Assembly: GCA_963666345.1 (NCBI GenBank)
Contig: OY762721.1
Coordinates: 736,001 to 800,000, forward strand
Source: Desulfatiglandales bacterium
GTDB lineage: Bacteria; Desulfobacterota; DSM-4660; Desulfatiglandales; Desulfatiglandaceae
Length of the DNA stretch: 64,000 bases
Reading direction: 5' to 3'
Below, piece after piece: positions 29,494-39,608 of this stretch. The notes under the pieces are model-generated. The model was not told the DNA's origin. It did not search any database and worked only from the letters and a program-made list of their open reading frames with translations. Position 1 is the stretch's first letter, and each line of letters opens with the position of its first letter. The translations under genes were made by a program, and so were the position numbers.

Positions 29494-31791
29494 CTAGCCT
29501 CCAGCTTCCTTTTTTTTCCGACGCTTCATCTGATATATATAAAGGCCTATAAATGCGGCGGCGCCTATTACCTGTAGCATCCTTCTGTTAAGCACAACAA
29601 GGTCGTCGAATGCGCCGGGACGAAACATTATAACGCAGAGAAAACCCAAAAAGATTCGCTCTCCCCAATTGCATAAATCGGCAAAATAACCTTGGACGGC
29701 CGATGCAAAAGAGAACATGGCAAGTACTGAAACAAAAAAGATCCATATAATACTGAACCAGTGATCTATCCATATCGGCGCACCCTCGGCATCCACACCG
29801 CTCATCATCAAAAGTTCAATATTTAACAGGAATACAAAAGGCAGGATGGCGGTTCTCATGTCATAGGTGAAGCCCTGTATGCCTGTCTTGATGGGATCCG
29901 ATTTCGCGATAGCCGCCGCCGCATAGGCGGCAAGGCCTACAGGAGGGGTATCATCCGCAAGTATGCCGAAATAGAAGACAAAAAGATGTGCCGCAAGAAC
30001 CGGAAACACGAGGCCCGCATCGCCCCCCAGTTTAACAATTACAGGCGCGGTTAGAGATGCCATCATAATATAATTGGCCGTAGTTGGAAGTCCCATACCG
30101 AGGAACATGCTTGTAATGGCGGTCAACACAAGGGCCACATATATATTGCCCATGGAGATCTTATCTATCACCATGATGAAACGTCCGGCCAAGCCCGTAG
30201 AAGTTACAACTCCAACTATGATACCGGCTGTTGCAGTCGCAACACCAACAGAGACCATGTTACGGGCGCCGGTGACAAGACTTGAGCATATTTCCTTAAC
30301 CCCAAGCCAGGTCTCTGCAAAAAGGAGTGAAAAAAGATCCTCTCTGCCTGTAAGGGTGCCCTTACTTTTGGCCACCCCCAGGCTGACCCATACCTTTATC
30401 GGTCTCTGGAGCAACATCACGACTCCCATTGTTTCAAGGGCCAGCATACATGAGGTAATGGCTGAACGTCTCAATACCACCAGATACATGATTAGAACTA
30501 CTACGGGTATCAGATAATGGGCACCCCTCAGAAATGTCAGGAAAAATGGCGGAAGCTCGGATTTGGGAACCCTCTTCAATCCCAGTTTCATCGATTCCAG
30601 ATGAACCACGAAAAGCAACGCGATATATGAAACGACTGCAGGGATGAAGGCCGCACGGACGACATCTATATATGGAATTCCTATGGTCTCCGCCATTATA
30701 AAGGCTGCTGCTCCCATGATTGGGGGCATTAACTGGCCGTTTGTAGAAGCGGCTACCTCAACCGCAGCAGCTTTGTAATCCGGGAGTCCCACCTTTTTCA
30801 TGAGAGGGATAGTAAAAGTTCCCGTTGTGACGGTGTTGGCAATGGAAGAACCTGATACAAGACCGTTCATTCCCGATGCAAGGACCGCCGCCTTTGCAGG
30901 ACCTCCCCTGAATCTGCCCATCAACGAAAAGGCAACATCAATGAAATATTTTCCCGCACCAGCCTTTTCAAGAAGTGCCCCGAAAAGAACAAAGAGAAAA
31001 ACGAACTCCGCAGATACCTTTAGCGGTACCCCGAATACTCCGTCTGTTGCGATATATTGTGAAGACATTACAAGAATTACGCTATCCGCGCTGTGCCGAA
31101 GGAATTCCGGCATGTGACTACCAAGCAGATTGTATGCCAGAAAGACGCTTGCAATTATCGGAAGTGCAGGCCCGAGGCATCTCCTTGCAGCCTCAAGGAG
31201 AACCAGGATCATGGCAACACCCAGCCACATCTCATAGTTTTCGGGGATCCCTCCTCGCATTATTATGTCTTCATAATTAAACCAGATATAAAGGGCAAGA
31301 CAGGCTCCGACTGCTGCAAAAATCCAGTCGTAAATCGGAACATAAGCCCTGATAGATCTTTTTGATTCGGAGGGTGGAAAAATCTCCTGGAATATACTTA
31401 CCAAGAAGAAAGGTTTGCTTTCCTTATATGCGGGGAATGTCAGAAAGACAAGGGCCATGGCAAACCCCAGATGCCAGGACCTGGCCATGAAAGAATCCAA
31501 CCGGAAATCAATGGTAAAGGCAAAAGGAGTTTCAAAGACAAGTTTAAAACCTGAAGGGCTCTGCGCGTAGAAAAGCTGAAAACAGGACCAGATGAAACAG
31601 AGCGCGATTATCACCCCCGAAGCTATGCGACCCTGGGGTTCGCGTGGTCCCGTTTCGGCCATGGCCAAAATTTTGCTGGCAGTATCCTCTCCATTTTTTT
31701 CCTCGCCAGAGCCTTCATTTTTCTCTTCAGTCAAATCCTTTTCGGTTTCCGGATTTCTCTCTGCCATATCCTTTTCGCTCATGGCGTTCAT
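29494..31791 (-). CDS. TAXI-type TRAP fused permease (4TM/12TM)
   Basis: GGPAKAAV, SGSSIANTVTTG, GQLMPPIMGAAAF, GMGLPTTANY, TPPVGLAA. Confidence 0.93.
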   Translation of the reverse strand: MNAMSEKDMAERNPETEKDLTEEKNEGSGEEKNGEDTASKILAMAETGPREPQGRIASGVIIALCFIWSCFQLFYAQSPSGFKLVFETPFAFTIDFRLDSFMARSWHLGFAMALVFLTFPAYKESKPFFLVSIFQEIFPPSESKRSIRAYVPIYDWIFAAVGACLALYIWFNYEDIIMRGGIPENYEMWLGVAMILVLLEAARRCLGPALPIIASVFLAYNLLGSHMPEFLRHSADSVILVMSSQYIATDGVFGVPLKVSAEFVFLFVLFGALLEKAGAGKYFIDVAFSLMGRFRGGPAKAAVLASGMNGLVSGSSIANTVTTGTFTIPLMKKVGLPDYKAAAVEVAASTNGQLMPPIMGAAAFIMAETIGIPYIDVVRAAFIPAVVSYIALLFVVHLESMKLGLKRVPKSELPPFFLTFLRGAHYLIPVVVLIMYLVVLRRSAITSCMLALETMGVVMLLQRPIKVWVSLGVAKSKGTLTGREDLFSLLFAETWLGVKEICSSLVTGARNMVSVGVATATAGIIVGVVTSTGLAGRFIMVIDKISMGNIYVALVLTAITSMFLGMGLPTTANYIMMASLTAPVIVKLGGDAGLVFPVLAAHLFVFYFGILADDTPPVGLAAYAAAAIAKSDPIKTGIQGFTYDMRTAILPFVFLLNIELLMMSGVDAEGAPIWIDHWFSIIWIFFVSVLAMFSFASAVQGYFADLCNWGERIFLGFLCVIMFRPGAFDDLVVLNRRMLQVIGAAAFIGLYIYQMKRRKKKEAGG

Positions 31792-31840
31792 CTACCTCCG
31801 AATAGCAGTCGATATCTCTCCAGGGGCCAGTTTTAATAAT

Positions 31841-31872
31841 AAAAAAGGCGGAATCCCGCAGGATTCCGCCTT
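31841..31872 (-). terminator. Strong hairpin after the TAXI receptor gene
   Basis: aaggcggaatcc-cgca-ggattccgcctt with U-tract on the minus strand. Confidence 0.75.
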
Positions 31873-31882
31873 GCAAAGGCAA

Positions 31883-32854
31883 TTACTTCCAACCCTTTTC
31901 CTTGTAATACTTGAGTGCTCCGGGATGGAGAGGTGCTGTCAACCCCTCGAGCATAGCCTTTGGATCAAGGGTCCTGAACGCGGCGTGAGTGCCCTTGAGC
32001 TCCTCGAGGTTCTCGAACATAACCTTACAGTAATCATAGACCGTCTGCTTTGAGGCGCTGGCACTGGCTACCACGGTCGCCTTTACTGCAAATGTCTCGG
32101 TTTCATGATCGATACCCTTGTAGGAACCTGCAGGGATCTTAGCCATAACATAATAGGGTTTGCTGGCAACATATTTCCTGATTGCATCGGAATTGATGCT
32201 GACCAAGTCCGCGGCAACTGAAGTGGCCGGCTCCTCAATGGCCGATGAGCCCAGTCCCACGCTGTAGAAGAAGGCATCTATCTTTCTGTCGATCAGGGCA
32301 CGGGAGGCCTCGCTCTGCTGCATACCTTCAGCCTTTATGTCCTTGTCCTTGTCGATTCCGTAGATATCCAGTACTGCCAGGGCCAGCCCCCTCTGTCCTG
32401 ATCCCGGGTTGCCGACATTGACTGTCTTTCCCTTAAGATCCATTACGGATTTAATCCCGGCATCCTTTCGGGTCATAAGATAGAGGTACTCCGGGTGCAT
32501 GGAAAAGACGCTGCGGATATTCTCTTTTTTCTTGCCATCCCATTCACCTTCGCCCTTCCAGGCCTGGGAATTACGGTCAGACTGGCAAACGCCGAAATCC
32601 AGAAGGCCGCGGTCCACTGCATTGATGTTAAATACCGAACCAAGCGCAGGCCTGCCAACGGCGTTATACTTATCGCCAGCATACTTGTTCATGAGAGTGG
32701 CGGTCTGGAGAGCTACCTGATAATATACCCCTGTCACAGAACCACCTCCGATCAGGATATCCTGCTTCGCCTGTGCCTGCTGAGGTGCGCCCAGAGCAAG
32801 AAATACCATCATGGCCACCATAAGGGTTGCAAAAAATGCTTTTCTAAGTTCCAT
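31883..32854 (-). CDS. TAXI family TRAP solute-binding protein
   Basis: Signal peptide; TGVYY, GSVFNI, QSD, GNPGSGQR, PLHPGALKYYKE. Confidence 0.93.
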   Translation of the reverse strand: MELRKAFFATLMVAMMVFLALGAPQQAQAKQDILIGGGSVTGVYYQVALQTATLMNKYAGDKYNAVGRPALGSVFNINAVDRGLLDFGVCQSDRNSQAWKGEGEWDGKKKENIRSVFSMHPEYLYLMTRKDAGIKSVMDLKGKTVNVGNPGSGQRGLALAVLDIYGIDKDKDIKAEGMQQSEASRALIDRKIDAFFYSVGLGSSAIEEPATSVAADLVSINSDAIRKYVASKPYYVMAKIPAGSYKGIDHETETFAVKATVVASASASKQTVYDYCKVMFENLEELKGTHAAFRTLDPKAMLEGLTAPLHPGALKYYKEKGWK

Positions 32855-33280
32855 AAGTTGCCTCCTTTCGATTTTCCTTCTTATTAAGTTATTGTTATTA
32901 GCTGCACTAACGTCGTTAGACACCTTTTTAAGAAGTTGAATCCTGCCAGGCGTTAACCCAATTCCCAGATAAAAGTAGATTGAGATTCATTATTCACATA
33001 GAAGACGGAATGTATTACGTTAAACAAATATGAAAAGAAATTCAATACTAAAAAGGTAAGTATATAGAAATCAGGTTTATTTGTCGAATAGTATTTCACC
33101 TTCCCCGGCAAAGCAAAGGGCCTAGTACCGGGTCCCTTGGCTGAAAGGTTTTTTTGATTAAAAACAGGATATTTTTACAAATAACGGCCATTTTGACTTT
33201 ACATTTTGAATTACAGGTGTTTAGACTGATTTGGTTGTCGTTGTTTAACGGCATTTCTACTTAAAAGGAGGTCCATTTCT

Positions 33281-35407
33281 ATGGACATTTCACTTGAAAA
33301 GGTTTTCAATCCGAATTCGATCGCGGTCATAGGCGCCTCAGAGGTGGCGGGAAAGGCCTCCGAGAGAAGGACCAGGAGTCTTCTTGAAGGAGGCTACAAG
33401 GGAGAGGTCTACCTCATAAATCCGAAAAGATCGGAGCTTTTCGGCAGAAAGGCCTATCCCAGGCTGACGGAAATCGACGCCGAGGTTGACCTGGTAATGA
33501 TAGTCGTGTCGCCCAGATTTCTTGTCTCTGCGGTTCAAGACAGTGTAAAGATGGGAGCAAAGGGCATAATTATCATAACCGCGGGGCTTGGAGAGACAGG
33601 AGATACCGGAAAAGACATTGAGAAGAAAATCATGGAAGAGGCATCCGGAACAGGCACCTTTGTCATAGGCCCCAACTGCAGCGGGATGTTCAGTGCTGCA
33701 GCAAGCATGAACATGCTGGGTGTGCCGGGTATCGACAAGGGGCCTATCTCGGTGCTCGCCCAGAGCGGAAACGTAATCGATTCCCTTACGCACTACGCCA
33801 GGATGAGGGGAACAGGGTTCAGCAAGATAGTAAGCGTCGGTAATGCCATAGGCGTCAACTTTCATGACTACATAGATTATCTAAAGGAAGACCCGGACAC
33901 GAAGGTGATAATGGCCTATCTCGAGGGCATTAAAGAGGGAGACAGGCTTGTGCGGGCGGTGAGGGGAACAGGAAAACCTGTGATAGCCTTAAAGGTCGGC
34001 CGATCAAAGGCAGGAGCAAGAGCGGCTGCATCTCACACAGGCTCCCTTGCGGGAGATGACGCAATCGTGGAGGCCGCCTTCAGACAGGCCGGTATTATAA
34101 GGGCCACAAACGTCGACCAGCTCTTTGATATGGCGGAGTCTTTCAGTACCTGCCCTATTCCCACCGGAAACAGAGTGGCCATACTTTCAGAGGGCGGAGG
34201 CGATAACTCCATAGCGGCCGACAACGCGGAGACACACGGCATGGAAGTCCCGGTGCTGTCACAGGAGACCCAGGAAAGTCTCAAGCCCTTCCTGCTTGAA
34301 GGGATGTCGGCGGCAAATCCTATTGATTACGGGGGCACGGCCGAAGAAAATCCCGAAATGATAAATGAATGTGTAAATGTCTGCATGGCGGACGAAAATG
34401 TGGATGGAATATTCCTGACCGGCTTTTTCGGCGGATTCAGGGACATCATAGCGCCACATGTGGGAGAGCTTGAGGAGAAGACCTCGGAGCAACTTGCAGG
34501 GCTGGTAAAGAAATACCAAAAACCCCTTTTCCTTCATACAAGTTACGCGGGAGAACCGATAAGATCCCTTGAGATTCTGAAATCAGCCGGCATACCGGTG
34601 ATGGAGTCATCGGAGCGCGCCACACAGTGCCTCAGCGCACTTATGAGATTTTCTCTTTATCGTCAAAAATATAGAGATATTGATACCTCTTCTTTGAAAC
34701 CTGAAAAGAGGCCGGGCGTCAAGGTCATTTTTGACAAGGTCAGGAATGAAAAAAGGACTAATCTTCTGGAGACCGAATCAAGGGGGCTGTTGAAAGCGTA
34801 TGGAATTCAACTTCCTGAGGCGGTCCTGGCACGCACGAGAAAAGAGGCGATTGATGCGGCAGAAATCATGAACCGCCCTGTTGCCATGAAAATAGTCTGC
34901 CCGGATATAATACACAAATCGGACGCAGGCGGAATCAGGCTCAACCTCAGGACTCAGGCCGAGGTTAAAGAGGCCTTTGACGAAATAATGGATGCCGCAT
35001 GCGGACAAACGGCAAGGGACCGCATAGAGGGCGAGCTCATATCTCCCATGGCGGAAAAGGGTCAGGAGTGCATAATAGGCATGATAAGGGACCGGCAGTT
35101 CGGACCCGTAATCATGTTCGGCCTCGGCGGTATATTTGTCGAGGTACTCAAGGACGTCTCATTCAGGGTCGCCCCCCTTGCAGAAGTTGATATCGATGAC
35201 ATGATAAAGGAGATAAAGGGCTACAGGCTCCTGACAGGCGTAAGGGGTGAAACACCAAAGGATGTGGATGCCTTGAAGGATATAATTTCAAAGATATCCG
35301 AGATATCGGCGAACAACCCGGAGATCATGGAAATAGACCTGAATCCGGTGATAGTTCATGAAAAAGGGGCGTCCATTGTGGACTCAAGGGTGATTCTCTC
35401 CAGATAA
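33281..35407 (+). CDS. ADP-forming acyl-CoA synthetase (acetate--CoA ligase family, fused alpha/beta)
   Basis: SIAVIGAS, GPNCSG, QSG, ASHTGSLAG, NPID, HKSDAGG, FGPVIMFGLGG, DLNP. Confidence 0.92.
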   Translation: MDISLEKVFNPNSIAVIGASEVAGKASERRTRSLLEGGYKGEVYLINPKRSELFGRKAYPRLTEIDAEVDLVMIVVSPRFLVSAVQDSVKMGAKGIIIITAGLGETGDTGKDIEKKIMEEASGTGTFVIGPNCSGMFSAAASMNMLGVPGIDKGPISVLAQSGNVIDSLTHYARMRGTGFSKIVSVGNAIGVNFHDYIDYLKEDPDTKVIMAYLEGIKEGDRLVRAVRGTGKPVIALKVGRSKAGARAAASHTGSLAGDDAIVEAAFRQAGIIRATNVDQLFDMAESFSTCPIPTGNRVAILSEGGGDNSIAADNAETHGMEVPVLSQETQESLKPFLLEGMSAANPIDYGGTAEENPEMINECVNVCMADENVDGIFLTGFFGGFRDIIAPHVGELEEKTSEQLAGLVKKYQKPLFLHTSYAGEPIRSLEILKSAGIPVMESSERATQCLSALMRFSLYRQKYRDIDTSSLKPEKRPGVKVIFDKVRNEKRTNLLETESRGLLKAYGIQLPEAVLARTRKEAIDAAEIMNRPVAMKIVCPDIIHKSDAGGIRLNLRTQAEVKEAFDEIMDAACGQTARDRIEGELISPMAEKGQECIIGMIRDRQFGPVIMFGLGGIFVEVLKDVSFRVAPLAEVDIDDMIKEIKGYRLLTGVRGETPKDVDALKDIISKISEISANNPEIMEIDLNPVIVHEKGASIVDSRVILSR

Positions 35408-35454
35408 AACGATTACTATTATAGGATCATCTCCAAAAGAGTTGATCTAAATGA

Positions 35455-35806
35455 AGGATTCGAGGGGTCAAGGGTTCGAGGATTCGATTGAAATGCTTAA
35501 AAATTATAAAGAGTTAAACATTCGGCAAAAATCGTATACGCTTTGACCTCCCGAATCAGAAGATCCGCTGTTTCCATACCATCGAATATCGCCTAAGGGT
35601 ATGTGCGATTTCTCTATATTGCAGATGGTTCAGTCTGTGAATTGGAAACCCGGGCCATGATATCAGCTAACTTGGGTTATGTGGAAAAACAGAGGCCTCA
35701 GGAATTAGGAGGGGAAATCGGGGATGCCGAGACAATGCTGAAAGCGATGATCAAATCCTTGGAAACCAAACCCTTGAATCCTTGAATCCTGGAACCCTTG
35801 GACCCT
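35455..35806 (+). pseudogene. Decayed four-helix-bundle (IVP/S23-like) gene bracketed by inverted arrays of 8-nt repeats
   Basis: MLKNYKEL..QKSY* / RRSAVSIPSNIA*GY / RFLYIADGSVCELET..LGY; arms aggattcg-aggggtca-agggttcg-aggattcg and tgaatcct-tgaatcct-ggaaccct-tggaccct. Confidence 0.85.
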
Positions 35807-35850
35807 TTCTCCCAACTAATTGGGAGAAGAACCCTATTATGGAGGGAAAA

Positions 35851-36615
35851 ATGGATTTTGAGTGCATCATTTACGAAAAGGATAACGGCATCGCGACAAT
35901 CAAACTGAACAGGCCCAGTGTCCTGAACGCGATGAACAGGCAGCTCTGGATAGACCTTCAGGCCGCACTCGAAGACGCAAGAAATGACGCTCAGATAAGG
36001 GTGGTCATAATAACAGGTGAAGGCAGGGCATTTTCAACGGGAGCGGATCTGAAGGATTCCAGGGACAGGAGCATGGAGGACTACAGGGCCTACCTGGTGG
36101 AACTTCAGGAGGCCTCAAGAAAGATCATCCGCTTTGAAAAGCCTACCATTGCCGCCATAAACGGTTACGCGCTCGGCTCAGGCTACGAACTGGCCCTTGC
36201 CTGCGATATCAGGATTGCGGCCGAGGAGGCACAGATCGGCTCCCCTGAGGCCAGGGTTACCTCTTCGGTTACGGGTGGAGCTATGAGACTGGTACAGGAT
36301 CTCATAGGACCGGGCAAGGCCAGGGAACTGCTCTTTACCGCCCGATACATAGACGGCAGGGAGGCGGAGAGGATAGGCCTTGTCAACAGCGCGGTCCCCC
36401 TTGAAAAACTTATGAATGAAGCCTATGCCATGGCTGACAAAATATCGGAAAATTCCGCCTTTTCCATCAAGATGATCAAGCGGGGTCTCATAATGGCACG
36501 CGGAGAGGTGAGTCTTGAAGCGCTCATGGACTATGAGGTTGAGGCATGCCTTGCCTGTGTGTCGACAAAAGAAAGGCAGGACTCGCTAAAGGATTTCGAG
36601 GAGAGAAAAAAATAA
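35851..36615 (+). CDS. Enoyl-CoA hydratase/isomerase family protein
   Basis: LNRP..LNA, AFSTGADL, IAAINGYALGSGYELALACD; GGAGGG RBS. Confidence 0.92.
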   Translation: MDFECIIYEKDNGIATIKLNRPSVLNAMNRQLWIDLQAALEDARNDAQIRVVIITGEGRAFSTGADLKDSRDRSMEDYRAYLVELQEASRKIIRFEKPTIAAINGYALGSGYELALACDIRIAAEEAQIGSPEARVTSSVTGGAMRLVQDLIGPGKARELLFTARYIDGREAERIGLVNSAVPLEKLMNEAYAMADKISENSAFSIKMIKRGLIMARGEVSLEALMDYEVEACLACVSTKERQDSLKDFEERKK

Positions 36616-36635
36616 AACCATTTGAGGATCTTGAT

Positions 36636-36842
36636 ATGGCCGGGGTACCAGAGGAAAAAAGGAAGGAAGTAATTATCAACAGGGAATGGTGCAAGGGGTG
36701 CGGCATATGCGTCAGCTTCTGTCCCAAGGAGGTGCTGGAGCTTGACGAGGAAGACAAGGCGAAATGGGCGCATCCGGAAAACTGCATTTCATGCGGTCTT
36801 TGCGAACTGAGATGCCCTGATCTTGCAATCGAGCTTAGGTAA
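36636..36842 (+). CDS. 2-oxoacid:ferredoxin oxidoreductase delta subunit (2x[4Fe-4S])
   Basis: CKGCGICVSFCP, CISCGLCELRCPDLAI. Confidence 0.9.
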   Translation: MAGVPEEKRKEVIINREWCKGCGICVSFCPKEVLELDEEDKAKWAHPENCISCGLCELRCPDLAIELR

Positions 36843-36853
36843 AGGAGACAAAG

Positions 36854-38002
36854 GTGAAGCCCAACATACGATTCATCCAGGGAAACGAGGCCATCACGGA
36901 GGGAGCCCTTTACGCGGGGCTCAAATTTTACGGGGGATACCCCATAACGCCCTCGACGGAGATCGCCGAGATCCTATCCGAAAGGCTTCCGGCCCTGGGC
37001 GGAAAATTCATCCAGATGGAGGATGAAATCTCCTCCATGTGTGCCATTATAGGCGCGTCGCTTACCGGCCTTAAGGTGATGACTGCGACAAGCGGACCTG
37101 GTTTTTCTCTGATGCAGGAGGCCATAGGCTATGCGGTTATGGCTGAGGTGCCTACCGTTGTCGTCAATGTTCAAAGGGGCGGCCCGAGCACAGGGCTTCC
37201 GACCTCCGTTGCCCAGGGAGATGTCATGCAGGCCAGGTGGGGTACTCACGGGGAACATTCCATCATAACCCTTACAGCGTCAAACCTGCAGGATGCGTTT
37301 TTCATAACCGTTGAGGCCTTTAACCTTTCAGAGACATTCAGGACACCTGTCATACTCCTGTTCGACGAAGTCTTGGCACATATGCGTGAAAAGGTGACCA
37401 TCCCCAAGCCCGGCGATATCGAGGTAGTCGACCGCTTAAGGACATCAGTGCCTGAAGGAACGGACTACCATCCCTACCTGACCAGGGAGGACGGGAGACT
37501 GCCCATGAGCGACTTCGGAGGAGTGCATCGGTATAATGTAACGGGCCTGGTTCATGACATGTGGGGTTTTCCCAGCACCGACCCGCTTGTTGCCTACGAA
37601 CTCATTCACCACCTGGTAGACAAGCTGGAGCACAGGGCCGATGACATAGCCTTTTACAAGGGATACTTTCTTAATGACGCGGACATCCTTCTTATCTCTT
37701 ACGGAAGCGCCGCCAGGAGCGCCCTTCACATGGTGGAGGCCCGGCGCCAGCGAGGAGAAAAGGTCGGGCTGCTTGAGCTTCAGAGCCTCTGGCCCTTTCC
37801 CAAGGACACCGTAAGACAGAAATGCGAGGGTCGAAGCCATATACTTGTGGTGGAAATGAATATGGGACAGATCTGCCAGGAGGTAAAAAAGGCGGTCACG
37901 GAGCCTGAGAAGGTCTTTCTGGCCAATCGGATAGACGGGGTAACAATCGCGCCTGTGGACATACTGAGGGTGCTGAATCTGATTCAGGGAAAAGGGGTTT
38001 AA
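36854..38002 (+). CDS. 2-oxoacid:ferredoxin oxidoreductase alpha subunit (KorA-like)
   Basis: GYPITPSTE, QMEDEI, TATSGPG, QRGGPSTGLPT, VEMN. Confidence 0.93.
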   Translation: MKPNIRFIQGNEAITEGALYAGLKFYGGYPITPSTEIAEILSERLPALGGKFIQMEDEISSMCAIIGASLTGLKVMTATSGPGFSLMQEAIGYAVMAEVPTVVVNVQRGGPSTGLPTSVAQGDVMQARWGTHGEHSIITLTASNLQDAFFITVEAFNLSETFRTPVILLFDEVLAHMREKVTIPKPGDIEVVDRLRTSVPEGTDYHPYLTREDGRLPMSDFGGVHRYNVTGLVHDMWGFPSTDPLVAYELIHHLVDKLEHRADDIAFYKGYFLNDADILLISYGSAARSALHMVEARRQRGEKVGLLELQSLWPFPKDTVRQKCEGRSHILVVEMNMGQICQEVKKAVTEPEKVFLANRIDGVTIAPVDILRVLNLIQGKGV

Positions 38003-38004
38003 GG

Positions 38005-38802
38005 ATGGCTGTAAGCGAATATATCAGAAGACGTTTTTTTCCTCACCTCTGGTGCCCCGGGTGCGGGCACGGTATCGTCATGGCAAACATGATCAGGGCT
38101 ATCGAAGAACTGGGGTTGAAAAAAAACGATGTGGTGGTGGTCTCCGGAATCGGCTGCTCATCAAGAATGCCGGGATACCTGGACTTTCACACTATGCACA
38201 CGCTCCATGGGAGGGCACTGGCCTTTGCGATGGGGGTCAAGATGGGAAGACCCGAGCTCAAAGTGATAGTCCCGATGGGAGACGGGGACGCACTTGCAAT
38301 CGGGGGAAACCACCTTATCCATGCGGCGAGGAGAAATGTGGATTTAACCGCCGTTATCATGAACAACAGCATTTACGGCATGACGGGTGGGCAGTTTTCC
38401 CCTCTTACTCCATTTGGGAAAAAGGCCACAACCGCAGTGACAGGAACCATTGATCACGCCTTCGATATAGTCAAACTTGCCAGCGGCGCAGGGGCCTCCT
38501 TTGTTGCAAGGACATCGACATACCATGTAAAGGAGCTTGCAAAGATTCTGAAAAAGGCCATTACCCATAAAGGGTTTTCCGTGGTCGAGGTAATGTCTCA
38601 ATGTCCCACATATTTCGGAAGAAAGAACCGGCAGGGAAGCGCCTCCGACATGATGAAATCATACAAGGACGGAACCGCTCCGATAGGGTCGAAAAAGAGC
38701 AAGGAGCATCCTGAACTTATCGAAAGGGGCATATTCGTGGAAGAAGAGCGCCCCGAATATGTAGACAGCTATCTTGAACTGGTAAAGGAATGCGAGGTCT
38801 GA
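38005..38802 (+). CDS. 2-oxoacid:ferredoxin oxidoreductase beta subunit (KorB-like)
   Basis: WCPGCG, SGIGCS, HGR, GDGD..IGGNH, YGMTGGQ. Confidence 0.93.
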   Translation: MAVSEYIRRRFFPHLWCPGCGHGIVMANMIRAIEELGLKKNDVVVVSGIGCSSRMPGYLDFHTMHTLHGRALAFAMGVKMGRPELKVIVPMGDGDALAIGGNHLIHAARRNVDLTAVIMNNSIYGMTGGQFSPLTPFGKKATTAVTGTIDHAFDIVKLASGAGASFVARTSTYHVKELAKILKKAITHKGFSVVEVMSQCPTYFGRKNRQGSASDMMKSYKDGTAPIGSKKSKEHPELIERGIFVEEERPEYVDSYLELVKECEV

Positions 38803-38900
38803 AACGGGATATCAAAGGCAAAAGCGGGCGAACGTCTTCTTTCATTCCCGCAACGGAAAATCAAATACCGGTTTAACACCTGATATTGAGGTAGATTAAA

Positions 38901-39449
38901 ATGGATATCATTGGAACCAGGATAGTCTTCAGCGGCTCCGGAGGACAGGGGGTTATAACGGCAGCCATAATACTTGCCGAGGCGGCGGTGATTCACGAGG
39001 GGCTGAATGCTGTTCAGACCCAGTCATACGGGCCTGAGGCCCGAGGCGGCGCCACAAGGGCGGACATCATAATCTCCAAACACCCGGTAAGGCATCCGAA
39101 GGTCATAAACCCTCATCAACTGGTCTGTCTCACCCAGGAGGCATATAACAAATTTTCCCATATCGTAAGACCCGGGGGCATCCTGATCACCGACAGCGGT
39201 CTGGTCAAATCGGCTAAGAAGGTGGATGCGCGTCAGGTGGAACTGCCCATATATGCGAAAGTGATGGAAAAAATCGGCAAACCGATTGTATTTAATATAT
39301 GCATGCTGGGGGCATTTGTTGAGATTACCGGTATAGTAAGGGGAGAATCGGTCATAAAGGTACTGAGTGAAAAGATACCTTCCGGTTTTATAGATTTGAA
39401 CAAAAAGGCCTTTAAGCTCGGCTCAGAGCTTGTAAGGCAAAACATTTAG
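38901..39449 (+). CDS. 2-oxoacid:ferredoxin oxidoreductase gamma subunit
   Basis: GSGGQG, QSYGPEARGG, NICMLGA. Confidence 0.93.
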   Translation: MDIIGTRIVFSGSGGQGVITAAIILAEAAVIHEGLNAVQTQSYGPEARGGATRADIIISKHPVRHPKVINPHQLVCLTQEAYNKFSHIVRPGGILITDSGLVKSAKKVDARQVELPIYAKVMEKIGKPIVFNICMLGAFVEITGIVRGESVIKVLSEKIPSGFIDLNKKAFKLGSELVRQNI

Positions 39450-39608
39450 ACATCATTTATCTTCGATCTAATAGCCTCCCCAGGAACAGCAGCGGATCTG
39501 AGTCCTGGGGGGGATTTTTTATTCTTTATAAATTTCAGGTTATGCTGACAAACGCCGTTTACCTTCTCAGGCATTTCCGCCTTCAGGATTTATCCGGCAA
39601 AAGGAAAA

